Assembly: GCF_058153355.1 (NCBI RefSeq)
Contig: NZ_CM177019.1
Direction: 5' to 3' (one strand)
Length of the DNA: 64,000 nucleotides
A program made the position numbers and the translations under genes. Under the pieces are notes generated by a model. It made no database searches. It was given only the letters and a program-made list of their open reading frames with translations, and was not told the DNA's origin. This document shows, piece after piece, positions 14,748-27,530 of this stretch. Numbering within the stretch: position 1 is the first letter of the stretch; the number at the start of each line of letters is the position of its first letter.

Positions 14748-15680
14748 GTGAAAACACTAATAAGAAAATTCTCCCGTACGGCCATCACGGTCGTATTAGT
14801 CATTCTGGCCTTCATCGCAATTTTTAATGCCTGGGTCTATTACACCGAATCCCCGTGGACGCGTGACGCGCGCTTTAGCGCTGACGTCGTTGCGATCGCG
14901 CCGGACGTTTCTGGACTCATTACCCAGGTGAATGTTCATGATAACCAGCTGGTGAAAAAAGGACAGGTACTGTTCACCATCGACCAGCCGCGTTATCAAA
15001 AGGCGCTTGAGGAAGCGCAAGCCGATGTTGCTTATTATCAGGTACTGGCACAGGAGAAACGCCAGGAGGCCGGACGTCGTAACCGTCTCGGTGTGCAGGC
15101 GATGTCTCGCGAAGAGATCGATCAGGCCAACAACGTACTACAAACGGTTCTGCATCAGTTAGCGAAAGCGCAGGCGACCCGCGATCTGGCAAAACTGGAT
15201 CTTGAACGCACGGTGATCCGCGCGCCAGCAGATGGCTGGGTGACCAACCTCAACGTCTATACCGGTGAGTTTATTACCCGTGGATCAACGGCGGTTGCGC
15301 TGGTGAAACAGAACTCCTTCTATGTACTGGCCTATATGGAAGAAACTAAGCTGGAAGGGGTGCGCCCTGGGTATCGTGCAGAGATCACGCCGCTTGGCAG
15401 TAACAAAGTGCTGAAAGGGACTGTTGATAGTGTTGCCGCTGGGGTCACCAACGCCAGCAGCACGCGTGACGACAAAGGGATGGCGACCATCGACTCTAAC
15501 CTTGAATGGGTGCGTTTGGCGCAACGTGTTCCGGTTCGTATTCGTCTCGACAACCAGCAAGAGAACATCTGGCCTGCGGGCACCACTGCTACAGTGGTGG
15601 TCACTGGCAAACAAGATCGCGACGAAAGCCAGGATTCGTTCTTCCGTAAAATGGCCCATCGCCTGCGTGAGTTTGGTTAA
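14748..15680 (+). CDS. aaeA: p-Hydroxybenzoic acid efflux pump, membrane-fusion subunit AaeA (HlyD family)
   Basis: 310-aa ORF with a GTG start, an N-terminal TM segment and HlyD-like coiled coil and barrel regions. Confidence 0.92.
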
Positions 15681-15685
15681 TCACG

Positions 15686-17653
15686 ATGGGTATTTTCTCC
15701 ATTGCTAACCAACATATTCGCTTTGCGGTAAAACTGGCGACCGCCATTGTACTGGCGCTGTTTGTTGGCTTTCACTTCCAGCTGGAAACGCCACGCTGGG
15801 CGGTACTGACAGCGGCGATTGTTGCCGCCGGTCCGGCCTTTGCTGCGGGAGGTGAACCGTATTCTGGCGCTATTCGCTATCGTGGCTTTTTGCGCATCAT
15901 CGGCACATTTATTGGCTGTATTGCCGGACTGGTGATCATCATTGCGATGATCCGCGCACCATTATTGATGATTCTGGTGTGCTGTATCTGGGCCGGTTTT
16001 TGTACCTGGATATCCTCGCTGGTACGAATAGAAAACTCGTATGCGTGGGGGCTGGCCGGTTATACCGCGCTGATCATTGTGATCACCATTCAGCCGGAAC
16101 CATTGCTTACGCCGCAGTTTGCCGTCGAACGTTGTAGCGAGATCGTTATCGGTATTGTGTGTGCAATTATGGCGGATTTGCTCTTTTCTCCGCGATCGAT
16201 CAAACAAGAAGTGGATCGAGAGCTGGAAAGTTTGCTGGTCGCGCAATATCAATTAATGCAACTCTGTATCAAGCATGGCGATGGTGAAGTTGTCGATAAA
16301 GCCTGGGGCGATCTGGTGCGACGCACCACGGCGTTACAAGGTATGCGCAGCAACCTGAATATGGAATCTTCCCGCTGGGCGCGGGCCAATCGACGTTTAA
16401 AAGCGATCAACACGCTATCGCTGACGCTGATTACCCAATCCTGCGAAACTTATCTTATTCAGAATACGCGCCCGGAATTGATCACTGATACTTTCCGCGA
16501 ATTTTTTGACACGCCGGTAGAAACCGCGCAGGACGTCCACAAGCAGCTCAAACGCCTGCGGAGAGTTATCGCCTGGACCGGGGAACGGGAAACGCCTGTC
16601 ACCATTTATAGCTGGGTCGCGGCGGCAACGCGTTATCAGCTTCTCAAGCGCGGCGTTATCAGTAACACAAAAATCAACGCTACTGAAGAAGAGATCCTGC
16701 AAGGCGAACCGGAAGTCAAAGTAGAGTCAGCCGAACGTCATCATGCGATGGTTAACTTCTGGCGAACCACACTTTCCTGCATTCTGGGGACGCTTTTCTG
16801 GCTGTGGACGGGCTGGACTTCCGGCAGTGGTGCAATGGTGATGATTGCGGTAGTGACGTCACTGGCAATGCGTTTGCCGAATCCACGCATGGTGGCGATC
16901 GACTTTATTTATGGGACGCTGGCGGCGCTGCCGTTAGGGCTACTCTACTTTTTGGTGATTATCCCTAATACCCAACAAAGCATGTTATTGCTGTGTATTA
17001 GCCTGGCAGTGCTGGGATTCTTCCTTGGCATTGAAGTACAGAAACGGCGATTGGGCTCGATGGGGGCGCTGGCCAGCACCATAAACATTATCGTGCTGGA
17101 TAACCCGATGACTTTCCATTTCAGTCAGTTTCTCGACAGCGCATTAGGGCAAATCGTCGGCTGTGTGCTCGCGTTCACCGTTATTTTGCTGGTGCGGGAT
17201 AAATCGCGCGACAGGACTGGACGTGTACTGCTTAATCAGTTTGTTTCTGCCGCTGTTTCCGCGATGACTACCAATGTGGCACGTCGTAAAGAGAATCACC
17301 TCCCGGCACTTTATCAGCAGCTGTTTTTGCTGATGAATAAGTTCCCAGGGGATTTGCCGAAATTTCGCCTGGCACTGACGATGATTATCGCGCACCAGCG
17401 CTTGCGTGATGCGCCGATCCCGGTCAACGAGGATTTATCGGCGTTTCACCGGCAAATGCGCCGCACAGCAGACCATGTGATATCTGCCCGTAGCGATGAT
17501 AAACGTCGTCGGTACTTTGGCCAGTTGCTGGAAGAACTGGAAATCTACCAGGAAAAGCTACGCATCTGGCAAGCACCACCGCAGGTGACGGAACCAGTAC
17601 ATCGGCTTACGGGTATGCTCCATAAGTATCAACATGCGTTGACCGATAGTTAA
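15686..17653 (+). CDS. aaeB: p-Hydroxybenzoic acid efflux pump subunit AaeB
   Basis: 655-aa polytopic membrane ORF directly after aaeA. Confidence 0.92.
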   Translation: MGIFSIANQHIRFAVKLATAIVLALFVGFHFQLETPRWAVLTAAIVAAGPAFAAGGEPYSGAIRYRGFLRIIGTFIGCIAGLVIIIAMIRAPLLMILVCCIWAGFCTWISSLVRIENSYAWGLAGYTALIIVITIQPEPLLTPQFAVERCSEIVIGIVCAIMADLLFSPRSIKQEVDRELESLLVAQYQLMQLCIKHGDGEVVDKAWGDLVRRTTALQGMRSNLNMESSRWARANRRLKAINTLSLTLITQSCETYLIQNTRPELITDTFREFFDTPVETAQDVHKQLKRLRRVIAWTGERETPVTIYSWVAAATRYQLLKRGVISNTKINATEEEILQGEPEVKVESAERHHAMVNFWRTTLSCILGTLFWLWTGWTSGSGAMVMIAVVTSLAMRLPNPRMVAIDFIYGTLAALPLGLLYFLVIIPNTQQSMLLLCISLAVLGFFLGIEVQKRRLGSMGALASTINIIVLDNPMTFHFSQFLDSALGQIVGCVLAFTVILLVRDKSRDRTGRVLLNQFVSAAVSAMTTNVARRKENHLPALYQQLFLLMNKFPGDLPKFRLALTMIIAHQRLRDAPIPVNEDLSAFHRQMRRTADHVISARSDDKRRRYFGQLLEELEIYQEKLRIWQAPPQVTEPVHRLTGMLHKYQHALTDS

Positions 17654-17656
17654 GTC

Positions 17657-17686
17657 AAAACCGACGCCAAAAGCGTCGGTTTTTTC
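17657..17686 (+). terminator. Intrinsic terminator of aaeXAB
   Basis: ACCGACGC-CAAAA-GCGTCGGT hairpin followed by TTTTT, 4 nt after the aaeB stop. Confidence 0.75.
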
Positions 17687-17744
17687 ATGGCTATACTTAG
17701 CAATGAACGGCAGAACTCGCCGCGAAACGTGACGGTGGCAACAG

Positions 17745-18017
17745 ATGAATATTTATACCTTTGATTTTGATGAGATTGAGAGTCAGGAGGATTTTTATCG
17801 CGACTTTAGCCAAACCTTTGGTCTGGCAAAAGATAAAGTACGCGATCTCGACTCTCTATGGGATGTGTTAATGAACGATGTCCTGCCGCTACCACTTGAG
17901 ATTGAATTTGTTCATCTGGGAGAGAAAACGCGTCGCCGTTTTGGCGCATTAATATTGCTGTTTGATGAGGCAGAGGAAGAGCTGGAAGGGCATTTGCGTT
18001 TTAATGTTCGTCATTAG
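17745..18017 (+). CDS. yhcO: Barstar-like ribonuclease-inhibitor family protein
   Basis: 90-aa acidic ORF ([27 protein letters not shown]...) recognised as K-12 YhcO, barstar family. Confidence 0.85.
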   Translation: MNIYTFDFDEIESQEDFYRDFSQTFGLAKDKVRDLDSLWDVLMNDVLPLPLEIEFVHLGEKTRRRFGALILLFDEAEEELEGHLRFNVRH

Positions 18018-18020
18018 CGC

Positions 18021-18045
18021 AAAAAAAAGCCCCCGAACCGGGGGC
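18021..18045. terminator. Bidirectional hairpin between convergent yhcO and yhcN
   Basis: AAAAAAAA-GCCCCC-GAACC-GGGGGC. The A-run becomes a U-run for the minus-strand yhcN transcript. Confidence 0.6.
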
Positions 18046-18072
18046 AATATCGTCGGACAAGACGATGAGGGT

Positions 18073-18336
18073 TTATTTGTACAGTTCAGCCGTAGCGTGC
18101 CAGGTGTCACCGCTACGAGCTTCAGTAATCTGGTAGGCCGTTGCGCCTTTCTCTTCCGCTTTTTTGTTCAGCATTTCACGCATATCCATTGGCGAAGACG
18201 CCACACCACTTACGGATACGGTCCCGATTGCTTCACGATTTTGTGCTTGTGCAGCATCAATGGAGTCGGCAGCGAATGCACCGAAAGAGAGAACAGAAAG
18301 TACGCTTAATGCAGCAACAGTGGTTTTGATTTTCAT
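18073..18336 (-). CDS. yhcN: Periplasmic stress-response protein YhcN (DUF1471/YdgH-BhsA-McbA family)
   Basis: ORF 18073..18387 trimmed to the ATG at 18336 (MKIKTTVAALSVLSVLSFGAFA signal peptide), giving 87 aa. Confidence 0.85.
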   Translation of the reverse strand: MKIKTTVAALSVLSVLSFGAFAADSIDAAQAQNREAIGTVSVSGVASSPMDMREMLNKKAEEKGATAYQITEARSGDTWHATAELYK

Positions 18337-18700
18337 GATTTTTACCTCGACATAATCTTTTAGCTGGGCCTTTGTTTCGTGACCCATATCACAAAATCAA
18401 GTATACACTAATTATTGAACTAATTAATACCACGCTAACTGTTTCAGTTGATACTAAGTGTTAAAAGTGTGAGTTTTAATAACAAAAAAGAATTAAAAAC
18501 ACGGTTATTTATTATTAATTCTATTATTTTCAATTAGATAATGAATTTTGCATAATGTGCTTTTTTTAACTCATGTATTCATTATGTGAATGATGTGTCG
18601 CGCTAAAACGCACTATCCGTTAAATTAATCGTAGGAGAAAGCAGGGGGATGAGAGGGAAAAGCAACATTTTCCCCGCCGCCAGAAGCGACGGGGCAGAGA

Positions 18701-19174
<474 letters not shown>

Positions 19175-19200
19175 TCACCCGATATGGTGGTTGATACAAC

Positions 19201-19236
19201 ATTATTGTGCATACAGATGAATTTTTATGCAAACAG
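19201..19236 (-). promoter_or_regulatory. Tandem ARG boxes (argR autoregulation)
   Basis: The minus strand reads TTTGCATAAAAATTCATCTGTATGCACAATAAT. The first half fits TGAAT-wwww-ATTCA well and the second fits less well. The site is 30-65 nt upstream of the argR ATG. Confidence 0.5.
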
Positions 19237-19530
19237 TCAGCCCTGAAGAAGGCTGAAATAATGTTATGAAAGAGCGGGATTTTATCAAATTTCGTTATTG
19301 AGAAACATGCCTGCGTCACGGCATGCAAATTCTGCTTAAAAGTAAATTAATTGTTATCAAATTGATGTTGTTTTGGCTGAACGGTAGGGTATATTGTCAC
19401 CACCTGTTGGAATGTTGCGCTAATGCATAAGCGACTGTTAATTACGTAAGTTAGGTTCCTGATTACGGCAATTAAATGCATAAACGCTAAACTTGCGTGA
19501 CTACACATTCTTGAGATGTGGTCATTGTAA

Positions 19531-20544
<1,014 letters not shown>

Positions 20545-20569
20545 TTGATTAGCGGATAATAAAAAACCG

Positions 20570-20581
20570 GAGCACAGACTC
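20570..20581. repeat. IS4 target-site duplication, left copy (GAGCACAGACTC)
   Basis: Perfect 12-bp direct repeat of 22008..22019, abutting the IS4 left inverted repeat. Confidence 0.92.
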
Positions 20582-22007
20582 TAATGCCAGTCAGTTAAGC
20601 AACTGACTGGCTCTTTTTCGGGGCTGTGGGGTATTTCCAGGGCCTCTCCTTTACCACTCTCGGGAAGGCCCTTTCCCTTCTTGTCGGTAATTTCACAAGT
20701 TGTCCCATACTTGCAAGATCGCGCATCAGCTCCGGTATACGTCCCGGTGAAGCGCCCTGCAATGTCATCAGCATTCTCATCACCATTCCGCATGATTCTG
20801 AGAAACTCAGTTGATTCGGCCAGTAACCTTTCAGATGTTCCGCCATTTTAATCATCTGATATCTCACCAGATTATAAGCCAGTAAGACACCCCACAGCTC
20901 TTGCTCCACAAGCTCCGGCTTTTTACTTCTCAGCGTCAGCCTGCTCAGTTGCATCGTCTGTTTTATCTCCCTGTATCCCAGTTCGATTTCCCAGCGATGA
21001 CTGTACAGATCCGCCATTTCTCCTCCGGGGAAGCGCATGGCGTCCGTCATCGACGTCAGCAGATGGCAGACTTTTCCTTTGCGCGTCACGGTCAGCAGGC
21101 GGGCTGTCACTTCATTTCCCAGTCCCGGCCACTTTTTTCGTGCCTGCGGGCTGGTTTTCAGCTTCACCAGATGATCGCCTTTACCCAGTTTTCTGATCTC
21201 TTCATATTGCGCTCCCTTTCTGAGAGGTATCATCCAGTGGCGGTGTTCTCCCGCCAGGCTCCAGGCATTTAACAGTCCCAGTGAGTAATAACCTTTATCC
21301 ATTAACGTCAGAGTGTTATCGCCGGTTTGTTCTATAAGTTGCTCAGCAAGCTCATTTTCGCTGTTCTTCATCGTGCCGAAGGCTGCAGCCGTCAGCAGAT
21401 GGCTGGTCAGTTCCATCTGGCAGACCATTTTGACCTGCGGGTAGAGCGCCGGGTTCCCGGCATGTGTCTGGCGGGGGAAGGCTGCATCGTTCTCTGGTGT
21501 ATCCGGTGTGCGCCAGAACACACCATCGATGGCCAGCAGGGTCAGGCCGCACCAGTGCGGATGCGGCGTGGCGTTATGCCAGAGCTGCGCTGTTTTCGTG
21601 AACACGCGGCGGACAGCCTCACTTCCCAGGCGCTGGCGGGCCTGAATAACGGCACTGGGGGCAACGAAGGGGCGATTGCCCGGCAGCATGATGTCCAGGC
21701 GATTCACAATCTGGTGAAGAGGTTCTTTACGCTCAAGCGCCATGCCAACAATACACCAGACCATCATTTCGAGGGGAAGACGGCGCTTGCGTAGCGTTAC
21801 AGTACCTGATTCGGCAAGGCAACGAGAGATGAGTTCGGGGTCGAGGTAATCCCCCAGAGAAGTCAGTGGGTTACGCAGAGAATCGTAACGGGATACCAGA
21901 TCAAGAGCCTGTCCAATGTGCATAAAAAAATCCGGAAACAAGTGAGCGTTTCCGGATTCTTACACAGCCACTGGATCGGTCAACTGATCCTTAACTGATC
22001 GGCATTA
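20582..22007 (-). mobile_element. Insertion sequence IS4, complete (1426 bp)
   Basis: Terminal 18-bp inverted repeats TAATGCCAGTCAGTTAAG (20582-99) and TAATGCCGATCAGTTAAG (reverse complement of 21990-22007) match at 16 of 18 positions. The element carries a single DDE transposase ORF, has a 12-bp TSD, and its length equals that of IS4. Confidence 0.95.
20595..21923 (-). CDS. insG: IS4 transposase InsG
   Basis: ORF 20595..21941 trimmed to the ATG at 21923 ([36 protein letters not shown]...), giving 442 aa. An IS4-family YREIK motif is present (ELGYREIKQ). The stop codon lies inside the left IR. Confidence 0.93.
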   Translation of the reverse strand: MHIGQALDLVSRYDSLRNPLTSLGDYLDPELISRCLAESGTVTLRKRRLPLEMMVWCIVGMALERKEPLHQIVNRLDIMLPGNRPFVAPSAVIQARQRLGSEAVRRVFTKTAQLWHNATPHPHWCGLTLLAIDGVFWRTPDTPENDAAFPRQTHAGNPALYPQVKMVCQMELTSHLLTAAAFGTMKNSENELAEQLIEQTGDNTLTLMDKGYYSLGLLNAWSLAGEHRHWMIPLRKGAQYEEIRKLGKGDHLVKLKTSPQARKKWPGLGNEVTARLLTVTRKGKVCHLLTSMTDAMRFPGGEMADLYSHRWEIELGYREIKQTMQLSRLTLRSKKPELVEQELWGVLLAYNLVRYQMIKMAEHLKGYWPNQLSFSESCGMVMRMLMTLQGASPGRIPELMRDLASMGQLVKLPTRRERAFPRVVKERPWKYPTAPKKSQSVA

Positions 22008-22019
22008 GAGCACAGACTC
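22008..22019. repeat. IS4 target-site duplication, right copy (GAGCACAGACTC)
   Basis: Perfect 12-bp direct repeat of 20570..20581, abutting the IS4 right inverted repeat. Confidence 0.92.
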
Positions 22020-22044
22020 CGGTTTTTTGTTTTGAGCGCACGAC

Positions 22045-23112
22045 TTAATTGGTTGCCGGATATTCCTGAATGGTGACCTGCAGCGTTAACTGCTTATCAT
22101 CACGCATCACGACAACCGGGATCACCGAGCCAGGGCGAATTTCCGCCACCTGATCCATCGTCTCCAGAGCAGAGATGGCCGGTTTGTTATCCACCGAAAT
22201 AATCAAATCATTGACCTGTATACCCGCATTCGCCGCCGGGCCGTCAGGTGACACTTCATTAACCACGATCCCTTGCAGTTGATCTATACCACCGCCCTGC
22301 GCGTGCAGTGGTGCGATCTCACGTCCGCCGATACCAATGTAGCCGCGGATCACGCGACCATCGCGGATCAGCTTATCCATAATTTTGGTTGCTAACTGGA
22401 AAGGAATCGCAAAGCCGATGCCTTCCGGCGTTTCGCCATCGTTACTCTTATCAAACGACAGCGTGTTAATGCCCATCAGTTCGCCCAGCGAGTTCACCAG
22501 TGCGCCGCCAGAGTTACCGTGGTTAATGGAAGCATCGGTTTGCAGGAAGTTTTGCCGCCCGGTCGGGTTCAGACCAATTCGACCCGTGGCACTAATAATC
22601 CCCTGGGTAATGGTCTGCCCGAGGTTGTACGGGTTACCGATCGCCAGTACCACGTCACCAATGTGCGGTACGCGACGTGCATTGATTGGAATGGTAGGTA
22701 AACCGCCAGTGGCATTAATTTTAAGTACCGCCAGATCGGTTAGAGAGTCAGATCCCACCAGCAATGCTTCAAATACACGTCCATCTTGTAAGGCGACGAT
22801 GATCTGATCGGCGTCGTTGATGACGTGTTTATTGGTGATGATATAACCGCGTTGATCCATGATTACACCGGATCCCAGGGTGCGGATCTCAAGCTGGTTG
22901 TGAGAGTTGGTGTTCAAACCACGGTTGTAAACGTTAACCACCGCTGGCGCGGCGCGGCGAACCGCCAGATTATAGCTGGCAGGCGTCTCATCGGTACTGT
23001 CAAATTGCGGAGTGGAAAGCGGGTTAAGGCTGCGCAGTGAAGGCATGGCAACCAGCAGAATAGCGCCGACAATTAATCCAATCGCAACGGAACGTAAGAG
23101 CTTCACAAACAT
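22045..23112 (-). CDS. degS: Site-1 protease DegS (sigma-E envelope stress sensor)
   Basis: 355-aa ORF with an N-terminal TM anchor, a trypsin-like core with GNSGGAL and one PDZ domain. Confidence 0.95.
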   Translation of the reverse strand: MFVKLLRSVAIGLIVGAILLVAMPSLRSLNPLSTPQFDSTDETPASYNLAVRRAAPAVVNVYNRGLNTNSHNQLEIRTLGSGVIMDQRGYIITNKHVINDADQIIVALQDGRVFEALLVGSDSLTDLAVLKINATGGLPTIPINARRVPHIGDVVLAIGNPYNLGQTITQGIISATGRIGLNPTGRQNFLQTDASINHGNSGGALVNSLGELMGINTLSFDKSNDGETPEGIGFAIPFQLATKIMDKLIRDGRVIRGYIGIGGREIAPLHAQGGGIDQLQGIVVNEVSPDGPAANAGIQVNDLIISVDNKPAISALETMDQVAEIRPGSVIPVVVMRDDKQLTLQVTIQEYPATN

Positions 23113-23201
23113 GATGGAGGCGTCATTAAAAAAGGGAACGGCAGCAGCATACCACGAGTTAACCGGACATCACACGTCAGCCTGATGCCCGGTTTACGAC
23201 A

Positions 23202-24569
23202 TTAACGCATCAGCAAATAGATGCTTTCATTGCCGCGTACAATTTGCAGGGCGATGATGGCCGGTTTTGCCGCCAGCACTTTACGCATTTCAGCAATCGA
23301 GTTCACCCGATCGCGGTTGACGCCAATGATCACATCGTCTTTTTGCAAGCCTGCCTGAGCAGCTGGGCTTCCTTTGACAACCTCATCGATCTTAATACCT
23401 TTGCCGCCATCTTTTAGCTGACCATCGCTCAACGTTGCACCTTCCAGCGCTGGCGTGATCATTTCAGCGCTGGCCGACGAAGAGGTGCTGGTATCGAGCG
23501 TCACTTCTACTTCCAGTGGTTTGCCGTTACGCAGCAGGCCAAGCTTCACTTTCGTGCCCGGCTCGGTGGTTGCGATACGAGAGCGCAACTCAGCAAAGCT
23601 ATTCAGCGGTTTGCCGTTGAGGCTGGTAATAATATCGCCCGCTTTGATGCCCGCTTTTGCCGAGCCAGAACCTGGCAACACTTCGCTGACAAACGCGCCA
23701 CGCTGCACGTCAAGGTTGAAGGCTTTGGCGATATCGGCACTCATCTCGGTGCCTTTGATGCCTAACAGACCGCGTTTGATTTCACCAAAGTCGATAAGCT
23801 GCTGCGCCAGTGTTCGCGCCATATTACTGGGGATGGCAAATCCAATCCCGACGCTCCCACCGCCAGGCGCAAGGATTGCAGTGTTGATGCCAATTAACTC
23901 ACCGTTAAGGTTTAACAGTGCACCGCCGGAGTTACCGCGGTTAATGGAAGCATCTGTCTGGATAAAGTTTTCAAGACCTTCAAGATTCAACCCGCTGCGG
24001 CCTAATGCGGAAACAATGCCAGAGGTGGCGGTTTGCCCAAGGCCAAATGGGTTACCGACTGCCACGGCAAAATCACCGACGCGCAGTTTGTCTGAGTCGG
24101 CAATGGCGATTTGCGTTAATTTACTCGGGTTTTGAATTTGCAAAAGGGCGATATCGCTTTGGTCATCGCTACCAATCAGTTTTGCATCAAACTCGCGCCC
24201 ATCATTGAGTTGAATACTGATTTTCTGTGCCTGTTTAATTACATGGTTGTTGGTCAGAACATAGCCTTTACTGGCGTTGATGATGACACCGGAGCCTAAA
24301 CCTTCGAAAGGTTGTGCAGGTTGATCCGGTAAATCATCACCAAAAAACTTTTTGAATTCTTCCGGGATTTTCTGTCCCTGACTGGCCGTTCCTTCCACTC
24401 GTACGCTCACCACTGCCGGAAGCACTTTTTCCAGCATTGGGGCCAGACTGGGGAGAGGGGCCTGATCGGCAACCTGGCCTGGAATCGACGCAACGGCCTG
24501 AAATGACGCCGAGAGAGTTAACCCGACACTTAACGCTAATGCACTCAACAGCTGGGTTTGTTTTTTCAT
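23202..24569 (-). CDS. degQ: Periplasmic HtrA-family serine endoprotease DegQ
   Basis: ORF 23202..24611 trimmed to the ATG at 24569 (MKKQTQLLSALALSVGLTLSASFQAVA signal peptide), giving 455 aa. It has GNSGGAL and two PDZ domains. Confidence 0.95.
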   Translation of the reverse strand: MKKQTQLLSALALSVGLTLSASFQAVASIPGQVADQAPLPSLAPMLEKVLPAVVSVRVEGTASQGQKIPEEFKKFFGDDLPDQPAQPFEGLGSGVIINASKGYVLTNNHVIKQAQKISIQLNDGREFDAKLIGSDDQSDIALLQIQNPSKLTQIAIADSDKLRVGDFAVAVGNPFGLGQTATSGIVSALGRSGLNLEGLENFIQTDASINRGNSGGALLNLNGELIGINTAILAPGGGSVGIGFAIPSNMARTLAQQLIDFGEIKRGLLGIKGTEMSADIAKAFNLDVQRGAFVSEVLPGSGSAKAGIKAGDIITSLNGKPLNSFAELRSRIATTEPGTKVKLGLLRNGKPLEVEVTLDTSTSSSASAEMITPALEGATLSDGQLKDGGKGIKIDEVVKGSPAAQAGLQKDDVIIGVNRDRVNSIAEMRKVLAAKPAIIALQIVRGNESIYLLMR

Positions 24570-24722
24570 TATTCCTGCTCTCGTACCTGAATGATAAGAA
24601 AAGAGATTCAAAACAGTTTGATGTTATTGAATTTTCAGACGGCTAACAATGAGACACCAGATTAAATGATAGTCGGGGAGGGAAAGAAGAGGAGGGCGCA
24701 ATGGCTGCGCCCGAAAAATAAA

Positions 24723-25121
24723 TTAGTCGCGCTTCGCGCCAGTACGCAGCAGGCCTGACGCGCCTTCAGAATAGTCGCGTGGCATTTGCACCGGTGCCTG
24801 ATCGTTGCTGGCTTCGGACTCTGCCAGACGATTACGGAACGGGTTTGCTTCAGCAGACAGTTCCGGCAGCAGGCTGCTGGAGCTTTTCGCCATGTGTTGA
24901 TACAGCTGGCGATAGTCGTGCGCCATGGTATCCAGTAATTCCGCGCTGCGGGCAAAGTGGCTAACCAGCTCTTCGCGATACTCGTCCAGTTCAGCTTTAT
25001 TCTTTTCCAGTTCGTACTGCAACGCCTGTTGCTGGCGTAGTTTACGATTACCAAAACGCATGGCCACAGCACCAATAATGATGCCGACGACTAACCCAAT
25101 TAGCGCATATTCCCAGGTCAT
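24723..25121 (-). CDS. zapG: Z-ring/envelope-associated inner-membrane protein ZapG (YhcB, DUF1043)
   Basis: ORF 24723..25127 trimmed to the ATG at 25121 (MTWEYALIGLVVGIIIGAVAMRFG), giving 132 aa. It has a single TM segment plus a coiled coil. Confidence 0.9.
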   Translation of the reverse strand: MTWEYALIGLVVGIIIGAVAMRFGNRKLRQQQALQYELEKNKAELDEYREELVSHFARSAELLDTMAHDYRQLYQHMAKSSSSLLPELSAEANPFRNRLAESEASNDQAPVQMPRDYSEGASGLLRTGAKRD

Positions 25122-25314
25122 GAACATCTCCCGTTGTCTTTTGTTTCCGTAGGGTGTTGGCTTCAGGCTCCATGCCTGCGGCTGATTATGCCACTATAAC
25201 CGTTAATTCCACAGAAGTGGAATCCCGACTGCATATCGCGTAGTGTAGAACGGCCTTTTTTTCGTCAACCGTGAACAACGGCGCACCGATTATTCAAGGA
25301 ATAACAATAAGATC

Positions 25315-26442
25315 ATGCAAAGCGTTACCCCAACATCGCAATACCTGAAGGCGCTCAATGAAGGCAGCCATCAACCCGACGACGTTCAAAAAGAGGCCGT
25401 CAGCCGCCTGGAAATTATTTATCAGGAACTCATCAATAGCACGCCTCCAGCCCCCAGGACGAGTGGGCTAATGGCGCGGGTCGGTAAGCTGTGGGGTAAA
25501 CGCGAAGACACACAGCATACGCCAGTGCGTGGCTTATATATGTGGGGCGGGGTAGGACGCGGGAAAACCTGGCTGATGGACCTTTTCTATCAAAGCCTGC
25601 CGGGAGAGCGGAAACAGCGTCTGCACTTTCACCGTTTTATGCTGCGGGTACATGAAGAGCTAACTGCTTTGCAGGGGCAGACCGATCCGCTGGAAATTAT
25701 TGCCGATCGCTTTAAAGCAGAAACTGACGTGCTCTGTTTTGACGAATTTTTTGTTTCTGATATTACCGATGCCATGCTACTTGGCGGCCTGATGAAAGCC
25801 CTGTTCGCCCGCGGTATTACCCTGGTAGCGACGTCAAATATTCCGCCGGACGAACTTTATCGAAATGGCCTGCAACGTGCGCGTTTTTTGCCTGCAATCG
25901 ATGCCATTAAACAGAATTGTGATGTAATGAACGTGGACGCCGGTGTTGATTATCGACTGCGTACGCTCACTCAGGCGCACCTGTGGCTTTCGCCACTCAA
26001 CGATGAAACCCGGACGCAAATGGACAAACTATGGTTGGCGCTGGCGGGGGCGAAACGAGAAAATTCACCGACGTTAGAAATCAACCATCGGCCATTGGCG
26101 ACAATGGGCGTCGAGAACCAGACGCTGGCGGTCTCTTTTACTACGCTGTGCGTCGACGCCCGCAGTCAGCATGACTATATTGCGCTCTCACGCCTCTTTC
26201 ACACGGTCATGTTGTTTGATGTACCAGTTATGACGCGGTTGATGGAGAGCGAAGCGCGGCGCTTTATTGCGCTGGTGGATGAGTTTTACGAGCGCCATGT
26301 CAAATTAGTGGTGAGTGCAGAAGTGCCGCTGTATGAAATTTATCAGGGCGATCGGCTGAAGTTTGAGTTCCAGCGTTGCCTGTCACGTCTGCAAGAGATG
26401 CAAAGCGAAGAGTATCTGAAGCGCGAGCATTTAGCGGGTTAA
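25315..26442 (+). CDS. zapE: Cell-division AAA-type ATPase ZapE (YhcM)
   Basis: 375-aa ORF with Walker A (GGVGRGKT) and Walker B (VLCFDEF). Confidence 0.9.
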   Translation: MQSVTPTSQYLKALNEGSHQPDDVQKEAVSRLEIIYQELINSTPPAPRTSGLMARVGKLWGKREDTQHTPVRGLYMWGGVGRGKTWLMDLFYQSLPGERKQRLHFHRFMLRVHEELTALQGQTDPLEIIADRFKAETDVLCFDEFFVSDITDAMLLGGLMKALFARGITLVATSNIPPDELYRNGLQRARFLPAIDAIKQNCDVMNVDAGVDYRLRTLTQAHLWLSPLNDETRTQMDKLWLALAGAKRENSPTLEINHRPLATMGVENQTLAVSFTTLCVDARSQHDYIALSRLFHTVMLFDVPVMTRLMESEARRFIALVDEFYERHVKLVVSAEVPLYEIYQGDRLKFEFQRCLSRLQEMQSEEYLKREHLAG

Positions 26443-26573
26443 AACCTGCCACAAATCACAAAAAGGGGTCGATCTTTGACCCCGACTTCTCTATAATCCT
26501 GCGACCCCACGTTACAAGAAAGTTTTTTTCCCAAAACTTTTTGTGTGCTGGCATAGGCTATTCGAAGGGGTAG

Positions 26574-27089
<516 letters not shown>

Positions 27090-27101
27090 TCGGGATTATA
27101 G

Positions 27102-27497
<396 letters not shown>

Positions 27498-27530
27498 TTG
27501 GTTTCTGCTCCGGCAGAAAACAATTTGCGA

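Noticed and set aside
18388-18700. AT-rich yhcN/argR spacer and a GC hairpin at 18671-18693 considered as the argR terminator
   Set aside because: The hairpin (CCCCGCCGC-CAGAA-GCGACGGGG, one mismatch) is followed by A residues, not U residues, on the argR-sense strand. The support is insufficient to call a terminator.
20582-22007. Possibility that IS4 marks a composite transposon or carries cargo
   Set aside because: There is a single copy only. The full 1426 bp is accounted for by the IRs plus one transposase ORF. The TSD directly flanks it, and the flanks rejoin into an intact terminator.
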